Assembly: GCA_964586695.1 (NCBI GenBank)
Contig: CAZPGQ010000003.1
Coordinates: 888-64,887 of the forward strand
Source of the DNA: an uncultured Candidatus Saccharibacteria bacterium
Lineage (GTDB): Bacteria > Patescibacteriota > Minisyncoccia > Phycocordibacterales > DATDWN01
Reading direction: 5' to 3'
DNA: 64,000 nt
Shown: piece by piece, positions 47,206-57,035 of the stretch
Layout of the letters: each line of letters opens with the position of its first letter
Numbering within the stretch: position 1 is the first letter of the stretch
Notes under the pieces: model-generated
Database searches by the model: none
What the model saw: only the letters and a program-made list of their open reading frames with translations
Told to the model about the DNA's origin: nothing
Translations under genes and position numbers: made by a program

Positions 47206-49698
47206 ATGAAAAAAATATTTACCAATATAACAATAGTAATACTTTTTATAGGGATTTTTGTTCCTAGTTCAAACGTTAATGCCCAAAACCCAATAAATCC
47301 TGGTCCAGGTGATATAGGAACTTGTACGTATCCTGGTCCAAATCAACAACCAACACCAAACCTGCCATACAAAATATGTATAGATGGCGGAGGAACTTGG
47401 ACAGCCAACCCGCCTTCATCCCAAACACAACCAACTCCAGAACAAAAAGCTGATGATGGTGGTTGGTCATTAAGTAACGCTTTTTTTGGTGGAATTAACG
47501 ACTTTGTAAGTGGAATTTTCTACGGAATACTGATGATGATGTCTTGGATAGTTTGGTTTGCAGGAACACTACTAAACTACGTTCTAGACTTTACTATAGT
47601 TAATATGCAAAAAAATATATCGGGCTTAACTGGTATAAATATTGCTTGGAAAATTATTCGAGACCTTATGAATATAGTTTTTATATTCCTATTAGTGTAT
47701 GAGGGTATAAAGCTAATCATAGACCAAGGCGATCTAAAAAGTTTGAAAAATTTTATATTTGGGGTAGTTCTGGCCTCACTACTCATAAACTTTAGTCTAT
47801 TTTTCACAAAAGTTCTAATAGATGCTTCAAATGTAGTAACTTTGGGAATTTATACCTCCATAACTGGACCTAGTAACTCACTTATTAACTCTGGACTATC
47901 CGACCCAATAACAAACGCTCTGGGTGTAAGCTCAATTTATGGAGATAAAGCTCCACCAGACATATTTACTGGTAGAAACATGGGGAAAAAATTAGTTATG
48001 TTATTTGGTTCTGGAATAGTCATACTTGTTACTGCTTTTGCCTTTTTTGCTATAGCAATAATGTTTATTATTAGATTTATAGCCCTAGTTATACTGATGA
48101 TGACTTCTCCAATAGCCTATATGGGAATGGCCATACCAGCAATGAAATCTTACTCGAAAGAATGGTGGGAATCCCTCAAAGGCCAGCTCCTCTTTGCTCC
48201 AATTTTTATGGTTATGATACTTATCTCGATAACTTTCATGTCGAGTCCCGGATTTATAGTAGAAAAAGATTTTGCTTCTCTTATGGACACATCAGCAAAA
48301 CCAGACTTTTCAACAATGGGCCTGATGCTTAATTTTACAGTTATAATAGGTTTGATATTTGGATCAATAATTGTTTCTAAAAAAACAGCTGCATCTGGAT
48401 CAAAATACATAGGAAATGCCACAAAAAACCTAACTTCATTTGCCGGTGGAGCAGTATTTGGTGGAGCAGCAAGGTTTAGCAGAAATACTTTGGGCAGGTT
48501 TGGAAACTCTTATGCAAACAACCAAGAGCTACTAGACCGAGCAGCAAGAGGGGATAAATTTGCTAGAGCACAACTTGCTGTTGCAAACAAAGCAGCAACC
48601 AGCACGTTTGACGCTAGAGGTTCTTCTGCCTTTGGTAAAATAGCCTCCGGAGCGGGTATGGAAAAGGACTTTGGAAAAGCGGATGACTCAAAGAAGCAGA
48701 ACTTTAGAAAGATCAGAGAAGAACAGATAAAGAAAGATGTTGATGATGCAAAGAAATACAAACCAAATGATGCTGCTGTAGATGAAGCAAAAGCAAGACT
48801 TAATAGTCAAGAGTTCAAGGATGCAGAAGAAAAAAGAGCTAGGGAACGAAAAGAATATTTGGAATCAGAAGCTTATCTAAAATCAGACGAGAAAAAGAAG
48901 GAGACTGGAATGGAAGAATCTAATAGAAAAGACGCTATCGCGTTAAGAGATAATGACATTAAAATTAAATCATCAGAAGACTCCATCAAGAAACTCAAGG
49001 AAGATGAAAGAAATCAGGCTGAGTATATTAAAAAACAAATGGAAATGGGACTACTTAATGGAGATGAGCTAAAAATACAAGAGAAAAAGAGTAGCGAGAT
49101 AAAAGAAAAAATAAGGAGAAAAGAACAGGAGCTTGAGTTACAAGAGATGCAGAAGAAAAATCTTGCTGAGTTTATTGCAAAAAGAGAGATAGAACTAAAA
49201 AATATAGCTCATGAAAAAGAGAACTATATGTCGGAAGAAAAAAAGAAGCTAATTGCACTGGCAGGTGGACAGAAAACAAAGGATGATAATGGCAAAGTTA
49301 GAAAAAACAGCGAAGGTAAAATTGTAGACCAATTTGGAAATGTGGTGAATGAAAGTAAAGTAATTGAAAATTCCTATTCTCAGAGACTTGAGGCTCGCGC
49401 AAAAAGAGAAGAGGCTGGACCTGCGTGGCGTTGGTCAGCAAACATAATCGGAACGCCGTTATCAGCCGTTATTCCAATGAAGCCAAAAACAAAAGCAGAC
49501 AGAAGTGAAACTGCTAGGCAAATAAGAAAACTAAAGTCTGGAAAAACTCCTGAACAGGAAGCTGCGGAAGCTTTTAGCAAGTTAAAGAAAGCTGCGGAAG
49601 CAAAAGGGGATAGAACATACACCACAGAAGAAGAGTCTGCTCCTGGACCAGTAGCTCCAGAGGCTAAACCAGCCGAGGAGACACCACCAACAGCATAA
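47206..49698 (+). CDS. VirB6/TrbL-like polytopic membrane protein with a ~350 aa Lys/Glu-rich coiled-coil tail
   Basis: Signal peptide, about six TM helices in the first 400 aa, then a long charged low-complexity C-terminus (KKQ.., EEKRARERKEY..). Confidence 0.45.
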   Translation: MKKIFTNITIVILFIGIFVPSSNVNAQNPINPGPGDIGTCTYPGPNQQPTPNLPYKICIDGGGTWTANPPSSQTQPTPEQKADDGGWSLSNAFFGGINDFVSGIFYGILMMMSWIVWFAGTLLNYVLDFTIVNMQKNISGLTGINIAWKIIRDLMNIVFIFLLVYEGIKLIIDQGDLKSLKNFIFGVVLASLLINFSLFFTKVLIDASNVVTLGIYTSITGPSNSLINSGLSDPITNALGVSSIYGDKAPPDIFTGRNMGKKLVMLFGSGIVILVTAFAFFAIAIMFIIRFIALVILMMTSPIAYMGMAIPAMKSYSKEWWESLKGQLLFAPIFMVMILISITFMSSPGFIVEKDFASLMDTSAKPDFSTMGLMLNFTVIIGLIFGSIIVSKKTAASGSKYIGNATKNLTSFAGGAVFGGAARFSRNTLGRFGNSYANNQELLDRAARGDKFARAQLAVANKAATSTFDARGSSAFGKIASGAGMEKDFGKADDSKKQNFRKIREEQIKKDVDDAKKYKPNDAAVDEAKARLNSQEFKDAEEKRARERKEYLESEAYLKSDEKKKETGMEESNRKDAIALRDNDIKIKSSEDSIKKLKEDERNQAEYIKKQMEMGLLNGDELKIQEKKSSEIKEKIRRKEQELELQEMQKKNLAEFIAKREIELKNIAHEKENYMSEEKKKLIALAGGQKTKDDNGKVRKNSEGKIVDQFGNVVNESKVIENSYSQRLEARAKREEAGPAWRWSANIIGTPLSAVIPMKPKTKADRSETARQIRKLKSGKTPEQEAAEAFSKLKKAAEAKGDRTYTTEEESAPGPVAPEAKPAEETPPTA

Positions 49699-49702
49699 AA
49701 AT

Positions 49703-50389
49703 ATGGAGCCAACAAATATAACAACAAAATACCTCGAATCTTTACCTGATAACATTAAAAATGTTATTTCTAATCCAAATATAGAAAGTCGTATCAAAGA
49801 AATATCTAGAAAATATTCTTTAAATGCCGAACAAGGAGAGAGTTTGGTTGATATAGTAATGCTAGTTTTAGTGGGGATTGATAGCCCAGACACACTGATC
49901 GAAAACATAATGTCAGATTTGTCCGTTTCTGAAATTGTAGCAGAACAGATAATGAATGATCTGGAAGGTCGGGTATTTGAATATGCACTTAAAGAATCTG
50001 GTAGCACTGATGAGGTACCAAGGGTTAGTAGAGCAACGGCAGTTGATGTCAATTTGCCAGAAATACGACCTGATAATCTACCCTCAACAGAAGTTACAGA
50101 TCAAATACCAGTAAAAAATAATGTGCCTGTTTACACACCAAAACCAAAAGTTTTAGTGGGGGAACCTGTGCAGACTCCAGTATCTGTACCACGCTTTAGA
50201 GCTGTGCCACTTACCGATAACGAAATCGGAGCTGACTTTATTCCAAAATTAGCACCAAAACCTTCTGCCGGTGGAATAATGGAGTCAAAACTAAACAATG
50301 TAACGCCTGGAATTACAGAAACAAAAAAAGACAATTCTCCTATAATAAAGAACTATTCGGTAGACCCTTATAGAGAACCATTAAACTAA
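49703..50389 (+). CDS. Hypothetical acidic protein with a Pro-rich C-terminus
   Basis: No TM segment; no known motif. Confidence 0.35.
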   Translation: MEPTNITTKYLESLPDNIKNVISNPNIESRIKEISRKYSLNAEQGESLVDIVMLVLVGIDSPDTLIENIMSDLSVSEIVAEQIMNDLEGRVFEYALKESGSTDEVPRVSRATAVDVNLPEIRPDNLPSTEVTDQIPVKNNVPVYTPKPKVLVGEPVQTPVSVPRFRAVPLTDNEIGADFIPKLAPKPSAGGIMESKLNNVTPGITETKKDNSPIIKNYSVDPYREPLN

Positions 50390-50393
50390 AGCT

Positions 50394-50834
50394 ATGAGAT
50401 ACCAAGTACCACAATTTATAGAAGTAGAAGATAAAATAATCGGGCCATTTACGATAAAACAGTTCGTCTACATGGCAGGGGGAGCGTTTATGTGTTACAT
50501 AATATACACTTATGTGCCATTTTTTATAGCAATTTTTCTTCTGGCGATAGTTGCTCCTCTGGGTCCGATGCTTGCTTTCTATAAAATAAATAACAAACCA
50601 TTTATAGACTTTCTTGAGTCTGCATTTCTATTTTACACCAAAAACAATCTCTACCTTTGGAAGAAAGAGGATCGGAGTATAAAAAAAGAAACCACTGACT
50701 ATGCAGAAGAATCTGCAAACCAAGTTTTTGTTCCAAGGCTTTCTGAAAGTAAACTGAAAGAACTTTCTTGGTCACTAGACATAAACGAAAACCTTAATCC
50801 ACTAACAGGGGAGGATGGCAAAACAACAAAATAA
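50394..50834 (+). CDS. PrgI-like (VirB3-like) small membrane protein
   Basis: MRYQVPQFIEVEDKIIGPFTIKQFVYMAGGAFMCYIIYTYVP followed by a second TM; this pattern matches PrgI-family proteins that precede VirB4 in Gram-positive type IV systems. Confidence 0.55.
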   Translation: MRYQVPQFIEVEDKIIGPFTIKQFVYMAGGAFMCYIIYTYVPFFIAIFLLAIVAPLGPMLAFYKINNKPFIDFLESAFLFYTKNNLYLWKKEDRSIKKETTDYAEESANQVFVPRLSESKLKELSWSLDINENLNPLTGEDGKTTK

Positions 50835-50903
50835 AATGATTTTTTTAATAAATAGTGGATTGAAAAACTAGATGATGATTACTAGATACTGTATACTATT
50901 GTT

Positions 50904-51542
50904 ATGGTAGTTTCTTCAAAAGCAACACAAGAATTTGTTCCAATACAAGAGGTTCGTGATGGCATAGTTATGCTAAAGGATGGCACTATGCGGGCTGTAG
51001 TTTTGGTATCTTCTCTAAACTTTAGTCTCAAGTCTGATGATGAGAGAAATGCGATAATACTCCAATTTCAAGATTTTTTAAACTCGCTAGATTTTTATGT
51101 ACAGATATCTGTTCAATCAAGAAGACTCGATATAAGGCCCTACATTGCTCTACTCGAGGAAAGGTACAAAGAACAGATGAATGATCTTATGAAAATCCAA
51201 ACCAGAGAATACATAGAGTTTATCAAGAAATTTACTGAGACGACGAATATAATGACAAAGAGTTTCTTTGTTGTTGTTCCTTACGATCCAGCAATGCTGA
51301 GCATAAAAGGTGGGTCAGGTATAAACCCTTTTAGAAAAACTTCTAGCTCCGAGGAAAAGAGAAGTAAATTGGCCTCTTTTGAAGAAAACAGGACTCAACT
51401 TGAACAAAGGGTGTCAGTGGTGGAGCAGGGTCTTTCTAGATGTGGAATACGTGTTGTTAGACTTGGAACAGAAGAAGTTATAGAACTATTTTATAAGATA
51501 TTTAATCCAGGAGACACAGAGAAACCTATTAAAACTAGCTAA
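50904..51542 (+). CDS. VirB4-family N-terminal-region-like protein (possible detached N-terminus of the following ATPase)
   Basis: FVPIQEVRDGIVMLKDGTMRAVVLVSSLNFSLKSDDE resembles, from memory, the N-terminus of Gram-positive VirB4/TrsE-like ATPases. It ends 5 nt before the next ORF in a different frame. Confidence 0.4.
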   Translation: MVVSSKATQEFVPIQEVRDGIVMLKDGTMRAVVLVSSLNFSLKSDDERNAIILQFQDFLNSLDFYVQISVQSRRLDIRPYIALLEERYKEQMNDLMKIQTREYIEFIKKFTETTNIMTKSFFVVVPYDPAMLSIKGGSGINPFRKTSSSEEKRSKLASFEENRTQLEQRVSVVEQGLSRCGIRVVRLGTEEVIELFYKIFNPGDTEKPIKTS

Positions 51543-51547
51543 AACAT

Positions 51548-53362
51548 ATGGGAATATTTGATTTTTTAAAAAAAGAAAAAAAAGAGGAGGTTGTATCGAC
51601 AATTCTACCTCAACAAATCTATGACTCAGGAGCTCTAGAATTAAAAGACATTATTGCACCCAGCGCACTAGAGGTTACACCCAAACAAGTAAACCTTGGT
51701 GAGAAAGTCTTGAGAAGTTACTTTGTTATTTCTTACCCTAGATATCTTACAGAAAACTGGTTCGCGCCAATAATAAACCTTGATAAGATATTTGATATAG
51801 CTATATTTATAAAACCAATAGATACTGCGGGTGTACTTAGAAGTTTCCAGAAAAAAGTGGCAGAGGTTCAAAGTCAGATAAACTCTAGAGAGGCAAAAGG
51901 TTTGGTGAGAAACCCTATGTTGGATACAGCATATCAAGACCTTGAAAACCTGAGAGACCAACTACAGCAAGCTCAAGAAAGACTTTTTGATATTGGACTA
52001 TACATAACAATATACGGGAACTCAGAAACAGAACTAGATAAAATTGAGTCTGAAATAAAATCGATCTTAGAAGCGAAGCTCGTGTATGTAAAACCTGCAT
52101 TATTCCAACAAGAGCAGGCATTCAAGACAACTATTCCTATAGGAACTGATGATCTAAAAGTATATAGCAAGCTAAACTCTTCACCTCTTTCATCACTATT
52201 TCCTTTTGTGTCTTTTGACCTAACATCAGACAGGGGAATACTTTATGGAATAAACCGACACAACTCATCACTAATTCTTTTTGATAGATTTTCTTTAGAA
52301 AACTACAACTCTATCACTTTTGCGAAGTCAGGATCTGGAAAATCTTACGGGACAAAACTAGAAATACTCCGTACACTAATGTTTGATACAGATGTAATCG
52401 TTATCGACCCAGAAAAGGAATACGAATACCTAGCAGAAGCTGTTGGAGGAAGATACTTCAACATATCACTTAACTCTGAACACCACATAAACCCGTTTGA
52501 ACTTCCAACTCCATCAGAGGGGGAGTCGTTCTCTAGTGTGTTGCGATCAAACATAATAAATCTTGTTGGACTATTTAGAATCATGATGGGAGGACTTTCT
52601 CCAGAGGAAGATGCCATTATTGACAGAGCCATAACAGAAACATATGCCCTGAAAGATATTACTGCAGACTCAAACTTTGAAAACGTCGAGCCACCTCTAA
52701 TGTCAGACTTCGAGTTGGTGCTTTCAGGTATGGAAGGAGGAGACTCTTTAGCACAAAGGCTAACAAAGTATACCAGAGGAACTTGGGCTGGATTCATAAA
52801 CAAACCTTCAAACGTAGATATAAACCAAAAATTCATAGTCTTTTCTCTTCGGGACATGGAGGACGAGCTAAAGCCGATAGCCATGTATATTATAATGCAC
52901 TATATATGGAACATGATTAGAAAGAAGCTTAAAAAGCGACTTCTAGTCATTGATGAGGCTTGGTGGATGATGAAGTCTGAAGATACTGCTTCATTCCTGC
53001 TTTCTCTTGCAAAAAGAGGAAGAAAATACTACTTAGGACTCGCCACAATTACTCAGGATGTAGATGATTTTATGAAATCTCCATATGGAATGCCAATTAT
53101 TACAAACTCATCTATACAAATACTTTTAAAACAGTCACCAACATCCATAGATAAACTCCAACAAACTTTTAACCTTACGGATGAGGAGAAATACCTATTA
53201 CTAGAGTCGGATGTGGGGGAGGGTATATTCTTTGCAGGATTGAAACACGTCGCAATAAAAATCATAGCTTCATATACAGAAGACCAGATAATAACGTCTG
53301 ATCCTTCCCAGATTCTCTCAATAAAAGCTGCAAAATCTGAGTTAGAAAACTCTGTAAAATAA
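51548..53362 (+). CDS. virB4: VirB4/TrbE/CagE-family type IV secretion ATPase
   Basis: Walker A FAKSGSGKSYG; Walker B RLLVIDEAWWMM; the N-terminal pattern of VirB4 (YFVISYPRYLTENWFAPIINL). Confidence 0.75.
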   Translation: MGIFDFLKKEKKEEVVSTILPQQIYDSGALELKDIIAPSALEVTPKQVNLGEKVLRSYFVISYPRYLTENWFAPIINLDKIFDIAIFIKPIDTAGVLRSFQKKVAEVQSQINSREAKGLVRNPMLDTAYQDLENLRDQLQQAQERLFDIGLYITIYGNSETELDKIESEIKSILEAKLVYVKPALFQQEQAFKTTIPIGTDDLKVYSKLNSSPLSSLFPFVSFDLTSDRGILYGINRHNSSLILFDRFSLENYNSITFAKSGSGKSYGTKLEILRTLMFDTDVIVIDPEKEYEYLAEAVGGRYFNISLNSEHHINPFELPTPSEGESFSSVLRSNIINLVGLFRIMMGGLSPEEDAIIDRAITETYALKDITADSNFENVEPPLMSDFELVLSGMEGGDSLAQRLTKYTRGTWAGFINKPSNVDINQKFIVFSLRDMEDELKPIAMYIIMHYIWNMIRKKLKKRLLVIDEAWWMMKSEDTASFLLSLAKRGRKYYLGLATITQDVDDFMKSPYGMPIITNSSIQILLKQSPTSIDKLQQTFNLTDEEKYLLLESDVGEGIFFAGLKHVAIKIIASYTEDQIITSDPSQILSIKAAKSELENSVK

Positions 53363-53773
53363 ATGGATGGAAATAAATCAAAAATATCAAATGTTGAATG
53401 GGGTCTAGTTATAGGTGCGCTTTTTGCTATCGATATAACTCAAATAATAATCGAATGGTTGCTTGGATGGATTGGAATCGGTATATTTATCAATTGGATA
53501 ATTGATTTGATGACAGGAATGAGTCTGGCTTTATATCTACAACTCCGAGGGCAGAGCATGGTCAACCCAAAACGTTTAGCTGGTATAGTTGGAACTTTTG
53601 TGGCTGAGCTAATACCTATAGTAGATCAGTTGCCGCTTTGGGGAATGGATGGAATATTTAACATGGTAATTTCAAAGAGCGATACGCTTGTCTCTAAAAT
53701 TCCTGGTGGCTCAAACCTAACCACCGGGATTGAGCTAACAAAAACTAATCCGAACCTCCAACAAAAACCATAA
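53363..53773 (+). CDS. Small polytopic membrane protein (possible T4SS pilin/VirB2-like component)
   Basis: Two hydrophobic hairpins; 136 aa. Confidence 0.35.
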   Translation: MDGNKSKISNVEWGLVIGALFAIDITQIIIEWLLGWIGIGIFINWIIDLMTGMSLALYLQLRGQSMVNPKRLAGIVGTFVAELIPIVDQLPLWGMDGIFNMVISKSDTLVSKIPGGSNLTTGIELTKTNPNLQQKP

Positions 53774-53915
53774 GGGATCAGATTGATAATTCCACATCAC
53801 AAATAAGAAAAATGGATGCTGCCATTAAAAATAAATCACAAAAAAATTATGGATCGGAGTGATGTTGTGTACAATATGGTTTTTCATACACAATAATGTG
53901 TTAAAATATATACTA

Positions 53916-54917
53916 ATGAAAAACTGTGCTTATATACTATTGTTAATGCTCATTTTCGCACTATCTTCCACAGTTAGTGCACAGATTGAGGTGCCCAGCA
54001 CAACAGATATAAATATTGAGTTGATACCCTCTAGTCCAAAACCAAACGAACTAGTTAGCGCGTCTATAACTAGTTATTCAACAGACATTAATAGTGCAAA
54101 AATAACTTGGAGTGTAAACGGAAAAACTCAAAAAAGTGGCGTTGGAGAAAAAGGTTTTATTTTTAACTCTGGTGATGCTGGCACAACAAATATTCTTTAC
54201 ATATCAGTAAAAACAAAGGAGGGGGAGCTTATAGAAAGAAGCCTGACTGTATCACCTGTAAGTGTAGATCTTATTTGGCAAAATGATAGCTTTGTTCCAC
54301 CTTTTTATAAAGGCAAGGCCTTGTATAGCCACCAGAACAAAATAACCTTTATAGCTCTTCCACACATCTTTGATAATGGAAAAGAAGTTTCTCCAAAAAA
54401 TTTAATATACACATGGAAAAAAAATGGATCGGTAGTGGATTCCGCTTCTGGGTATGGAAAAAATACCTATACAACTGAAGGATCGGTCATATCTAGAACA
54501 CTAAATATAGAGGTTAATGTAACATCACCAACAACAAGTGCTGGTGGGTATGCACATACAATAGTCACACCAATAGAACCCTCAATTGTGTTTTACAAGA
54601 AAAACCCTTTGTACGGAATAGAATTCCAAACAGCATTATCTGGAGCCGTTAATATAAAAAACTCAAATGAAATAAACATTTTAGCAGTTCCTTTTTTCTT
54701 TGGTGTTACCGATAAAAAATCAATAGATCTTACATATATTTGGTCAATAAATGGCAGTGAAATATCAAATACAGGATCAAGCAATCAGGTGTTTCGTAAA
54801 AAAGAGGGGACAGAAGGAAACTCTTTTATATCACTCTCAATAGAAAACTCAAACAAAATACTACAGTACGCGTCTGCGGATTTCAATTTGGTTTTCAATA
54901 ATAAGTCATCACTATAA
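53916..54917 (+). CDS. Secreted protein with three internal ~90 aa repeats
   Basis: Signal peptide MKNCAYILLLMLIFALSSTVSA (start moved to the ATG at 53916). The motif repeats as ITWSVNGKTQKSG / IYTWKKNGSVVDSASG / TYIWSINGSEISNTGS. Confidence 0.4.
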   Translation: MKNCAYILLLMLIFALSSTVSAQIEVPSTTDINIELIPSSPKPNELVSASITSYSTDINSAKITWSVNGKTQKSGVGEKGFIFNSGDAGTTNILYISVKTKEGELIERSLTVSPVSVDLIWQNDSFVPPFYKGKALYSHQNKITFIALPHIFDNGKEVSPKNLIYTWKKNGSVVDSASGYGKNTYTTEGSVISRTLNIEVNVTSPTTSAGGYAHTIVTPIEPSIVFYKKNPLYGIEFQTALSGAVNIKNSNEINILAVPFFFGVTDKKSIDLTYIWSINGSEISNTGSSNQVFRKKEGTEGNSFISLSIENSNKILQYASADFNLVFNNKSSL

Positions 54918-54921
54918 AAAT

Positions 54922-55809
54922 ATGAATAAAATCATTAAAAATTCACTGCTTATTTTAACAATTTGTTTCTATCTCTTTCCTTTTGTAACAACCGTCGCCC
55001 AAACACCAACTCCATCGGATTACGTTGTTTTAACACCATTACCAGGAACAACCAACTGTGGAAACAACACAACAAACAGTGGTTGCGTAACTAACCTTGG
55101 ACTATATTTGCCACAGATGTTTAATCTTATAGTTGCAATAGCAGCTGGACTTGCTTTTGTGATGATAACACTTGGAGGTATAACTTATGCGACTACTGAC
55201 GCAATAATGGAAAAAAGCCAAGGTAAAGAGTGGGTTACTAATGCAATTTATGGACTACTTTTAGTTATTTCGGCTTATGTAATTTTGTATACAATAAACC
55301 CTCAGATACTTGAATTTAGTCTGGATATTAAACAACCCGTCATTATAAACAACGCTCCTGGTGCTGTAGCCATATCTCCGATGACGGCTCAAGAAATAGC
55401 TGATGATGCTGCTGTCAGAGCTCAATTAACAGGAATCAAGGTAAACCATACGGCTTGTATAAATGGTGGAACAAGAGGTTGCACAAACCTGAATGGGCTA
55501 CCTCAGAATGCAATCGACGGAATAAATGGCTTAGCCACAACAATAGGAGCAAACAACATCACAATAACAGGGGGGACAGAAGGCGGTCATGCAACACATG
55601 GTGTGGGAAAACCTATGGTAGATCTTTCTCCAAATGTAAGAATTACTTCCTTATTAATGGGGCCAACAGGTATACCCCATGATGGATATTCCAAGTCTGT
55701 ATCTTTTGGTCTTAATGGTAAATATCACGCAACCTTCACATACGAGAGTGCTGGTGGTAATCCAAACGGAACATCAACTGGCGATCATTGGCATGTAATA
55801 TTTAATTAA
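54922..55809 (+). CDS. Membrane protein with a TrbC/VirB2-like pilin N-terminus and a C-terminal domain carrying an HxH motif (possible LAS-type zinc peptidase / cell-wall hydrolase)
   Basis: Signal peptide, then two TM helices (LIVAIAAGLAFVMITLGG, AIYGLLLVISAYVILYTI). C-terminus GGHATHGVGKPMVD ... GDHWHV. Confidence 0.3.
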   Translation: MNKIIKNSLLILTICFYLFPFVTTVAQTPTPSDYVVLTPLPGTTNCGNNTTNSGCVTNLGLYLPQMFNLIVAIAAGLAFVMITLGGITYATTDAIMEKSQGKEWVTNAIYGLLLVISAYVILYTINPQILEFSLDIKQPVIINNAPGAVAISPMTAQEIADDAAVRAQLTGIKVNHTACINGGTRGCTNLNGLPQNAIDGINGLATTIGANNITITGGTEGGHATHGVGKPMVDLSPNVRITSLLMGPTGIPHDGYSKSVSFGLNGKYHATFTYESAGGNPNGTSTGDHWHVIFN

Positions 55810-55811
55810 CT

Positions 55812-57032
55812 ATGTCTAAAAAAAACATACTTCTAATAAGCTCTCTCGTTCTAGGATTAATCTTTGTGGGCCTTGTGGTTTATCTTTTATCAATAAACTC
55901 AAAAGCGACATCTACTGGTGGAATTTCTGTATTTAGAAAATTCCTTCCTTTTGGTGGGGACACTGTAATAGTGGATGATGAAAATAATACCGCCACCAGC
56001 ACACCGAAAGAAGAAACTCCTGGTAATTCTGAAAATTTTAAACAGTCTCTTAGAAAAATATCGTCCGAACCTGTTGCTGGCGCTGGAACTCTTGATATAA
56101 AATTAGGGACAATAGTGCGTTATGTTGAAAAAGCCACCGGACACATTTATGAAGTTGAACTATTTTCACCAAAACATGAGCGGATTTCCAATACCACAAT
56201 ACCATTAACGTACGATGCTTTGTGGGGCAACAAGAATAACTCATTGGTTGCTAGATATTTAAACAGTGATGACGCGCAAGTAGAAAGCTACTATCTAACA
56301 CTTAACAACAGTAGTTCCACAGAAAATACACTGAAGAGCATCGCCCTACCAAAAAACATAGAGGACGTATCCTCTTTTGGAGCAAACTTCTTTTACTTAG
56401 TACAGAATACAAATTCCTCTACTGGTTACGTGAGTGATTTTAATGGCAAAAACAAAATGATCTGGAGTTCTGATATCAAAGAGTTGACCACTCAATTTGT
56501 AAACTCAAAAATAGTAGCTCTGAACACAAAACCTGCACAAAAAATCTCAGGTTATCTGTACTATGTAGATACGGCGACAGGACAAAACAAGAGAATTTTA
56601 GGAGATATATCTGGACTAACCACACTTTCTGATCCACTGGGTGAAAAAATTGCTCTTTTATCACAAGATGATTCTGTTAGATTTATGTTTTATACAGTAA
56701 AAACAAAGGCTTACGTTGATATTAACCCAATAACATTCCCAGAAAAGTGTGTTTGGAGCAAAAAAGACACAAATGTTTTATACTGTGCCGTTCCCAAAGA
56801 TTACATATCTGGAAACAGTCTAATATCTTGGTACAAAGGACTTATTTCATATTCTGATGATATATGGAAATACGATCTAAAAAATAATGTATCGACTATA
56901 GTGGGAGAATTGAGCAAAGCCTCCTTGGTGGACATTGATGTTATAAAGCCCCTACTATCTGAAAACGAACAATATATAGTCTTTATAAACAAGAAAGACA
57001 ACTCTCTCTGGAGTTTGGACCTACTTCAGTAA
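55812..57032 (+). CDS. Hypothetical membrane-anchored secreted protein (last gene of the island)
   Basis: N-terminal TM ILLISSLVLGLIFVGLVVYLL; a beta-rich remainder. Confidence 0.35.
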   Translation: MSKKNILLISSLVLGLIFVGLVVYLLSINSKATSTGGISVFRKFLPFGGDTVIVDDENNTATSTPKEETPGNSENFKQSLRKISSEPVAGAGTLDIKLGTIVRYVEKATGHIYEVELFSPKHERISNTTIPLTYDALWGNKNNSLVARYLNSDDAQVESYYLTLNNSSSTENTLKSIALPKNIEDVSSFGANFFYLVQNTNSSTGYVSDFNGKNKMIWSSDIKELTTQFVNSKIVALNTKPAQKISGYLYYVDTATGQNKRILGDISGLTTLSDPLGEKIALLSQDDSVRFMFYTVKTKAYVDINPITFPEKCVWSKKDTNVLYCAVPKDYISGNSLISWYKGLISYSDDIWKYDLKNNVSTIVGELSKASLVDIDVIKPLLSENEQYIVFINKKDNSLWSLDLLQ

Positions 57033-57035
57033 AAC

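Noticed and set aside
44274-57032. Interpreting the island as an integrative conjugative element
   Set aside because: No integrase, relaxase, coupling protein or flanking direct repeats were seen within the window, and it abuts core origin genes. It was kept as a T4SS-like apparatus instead
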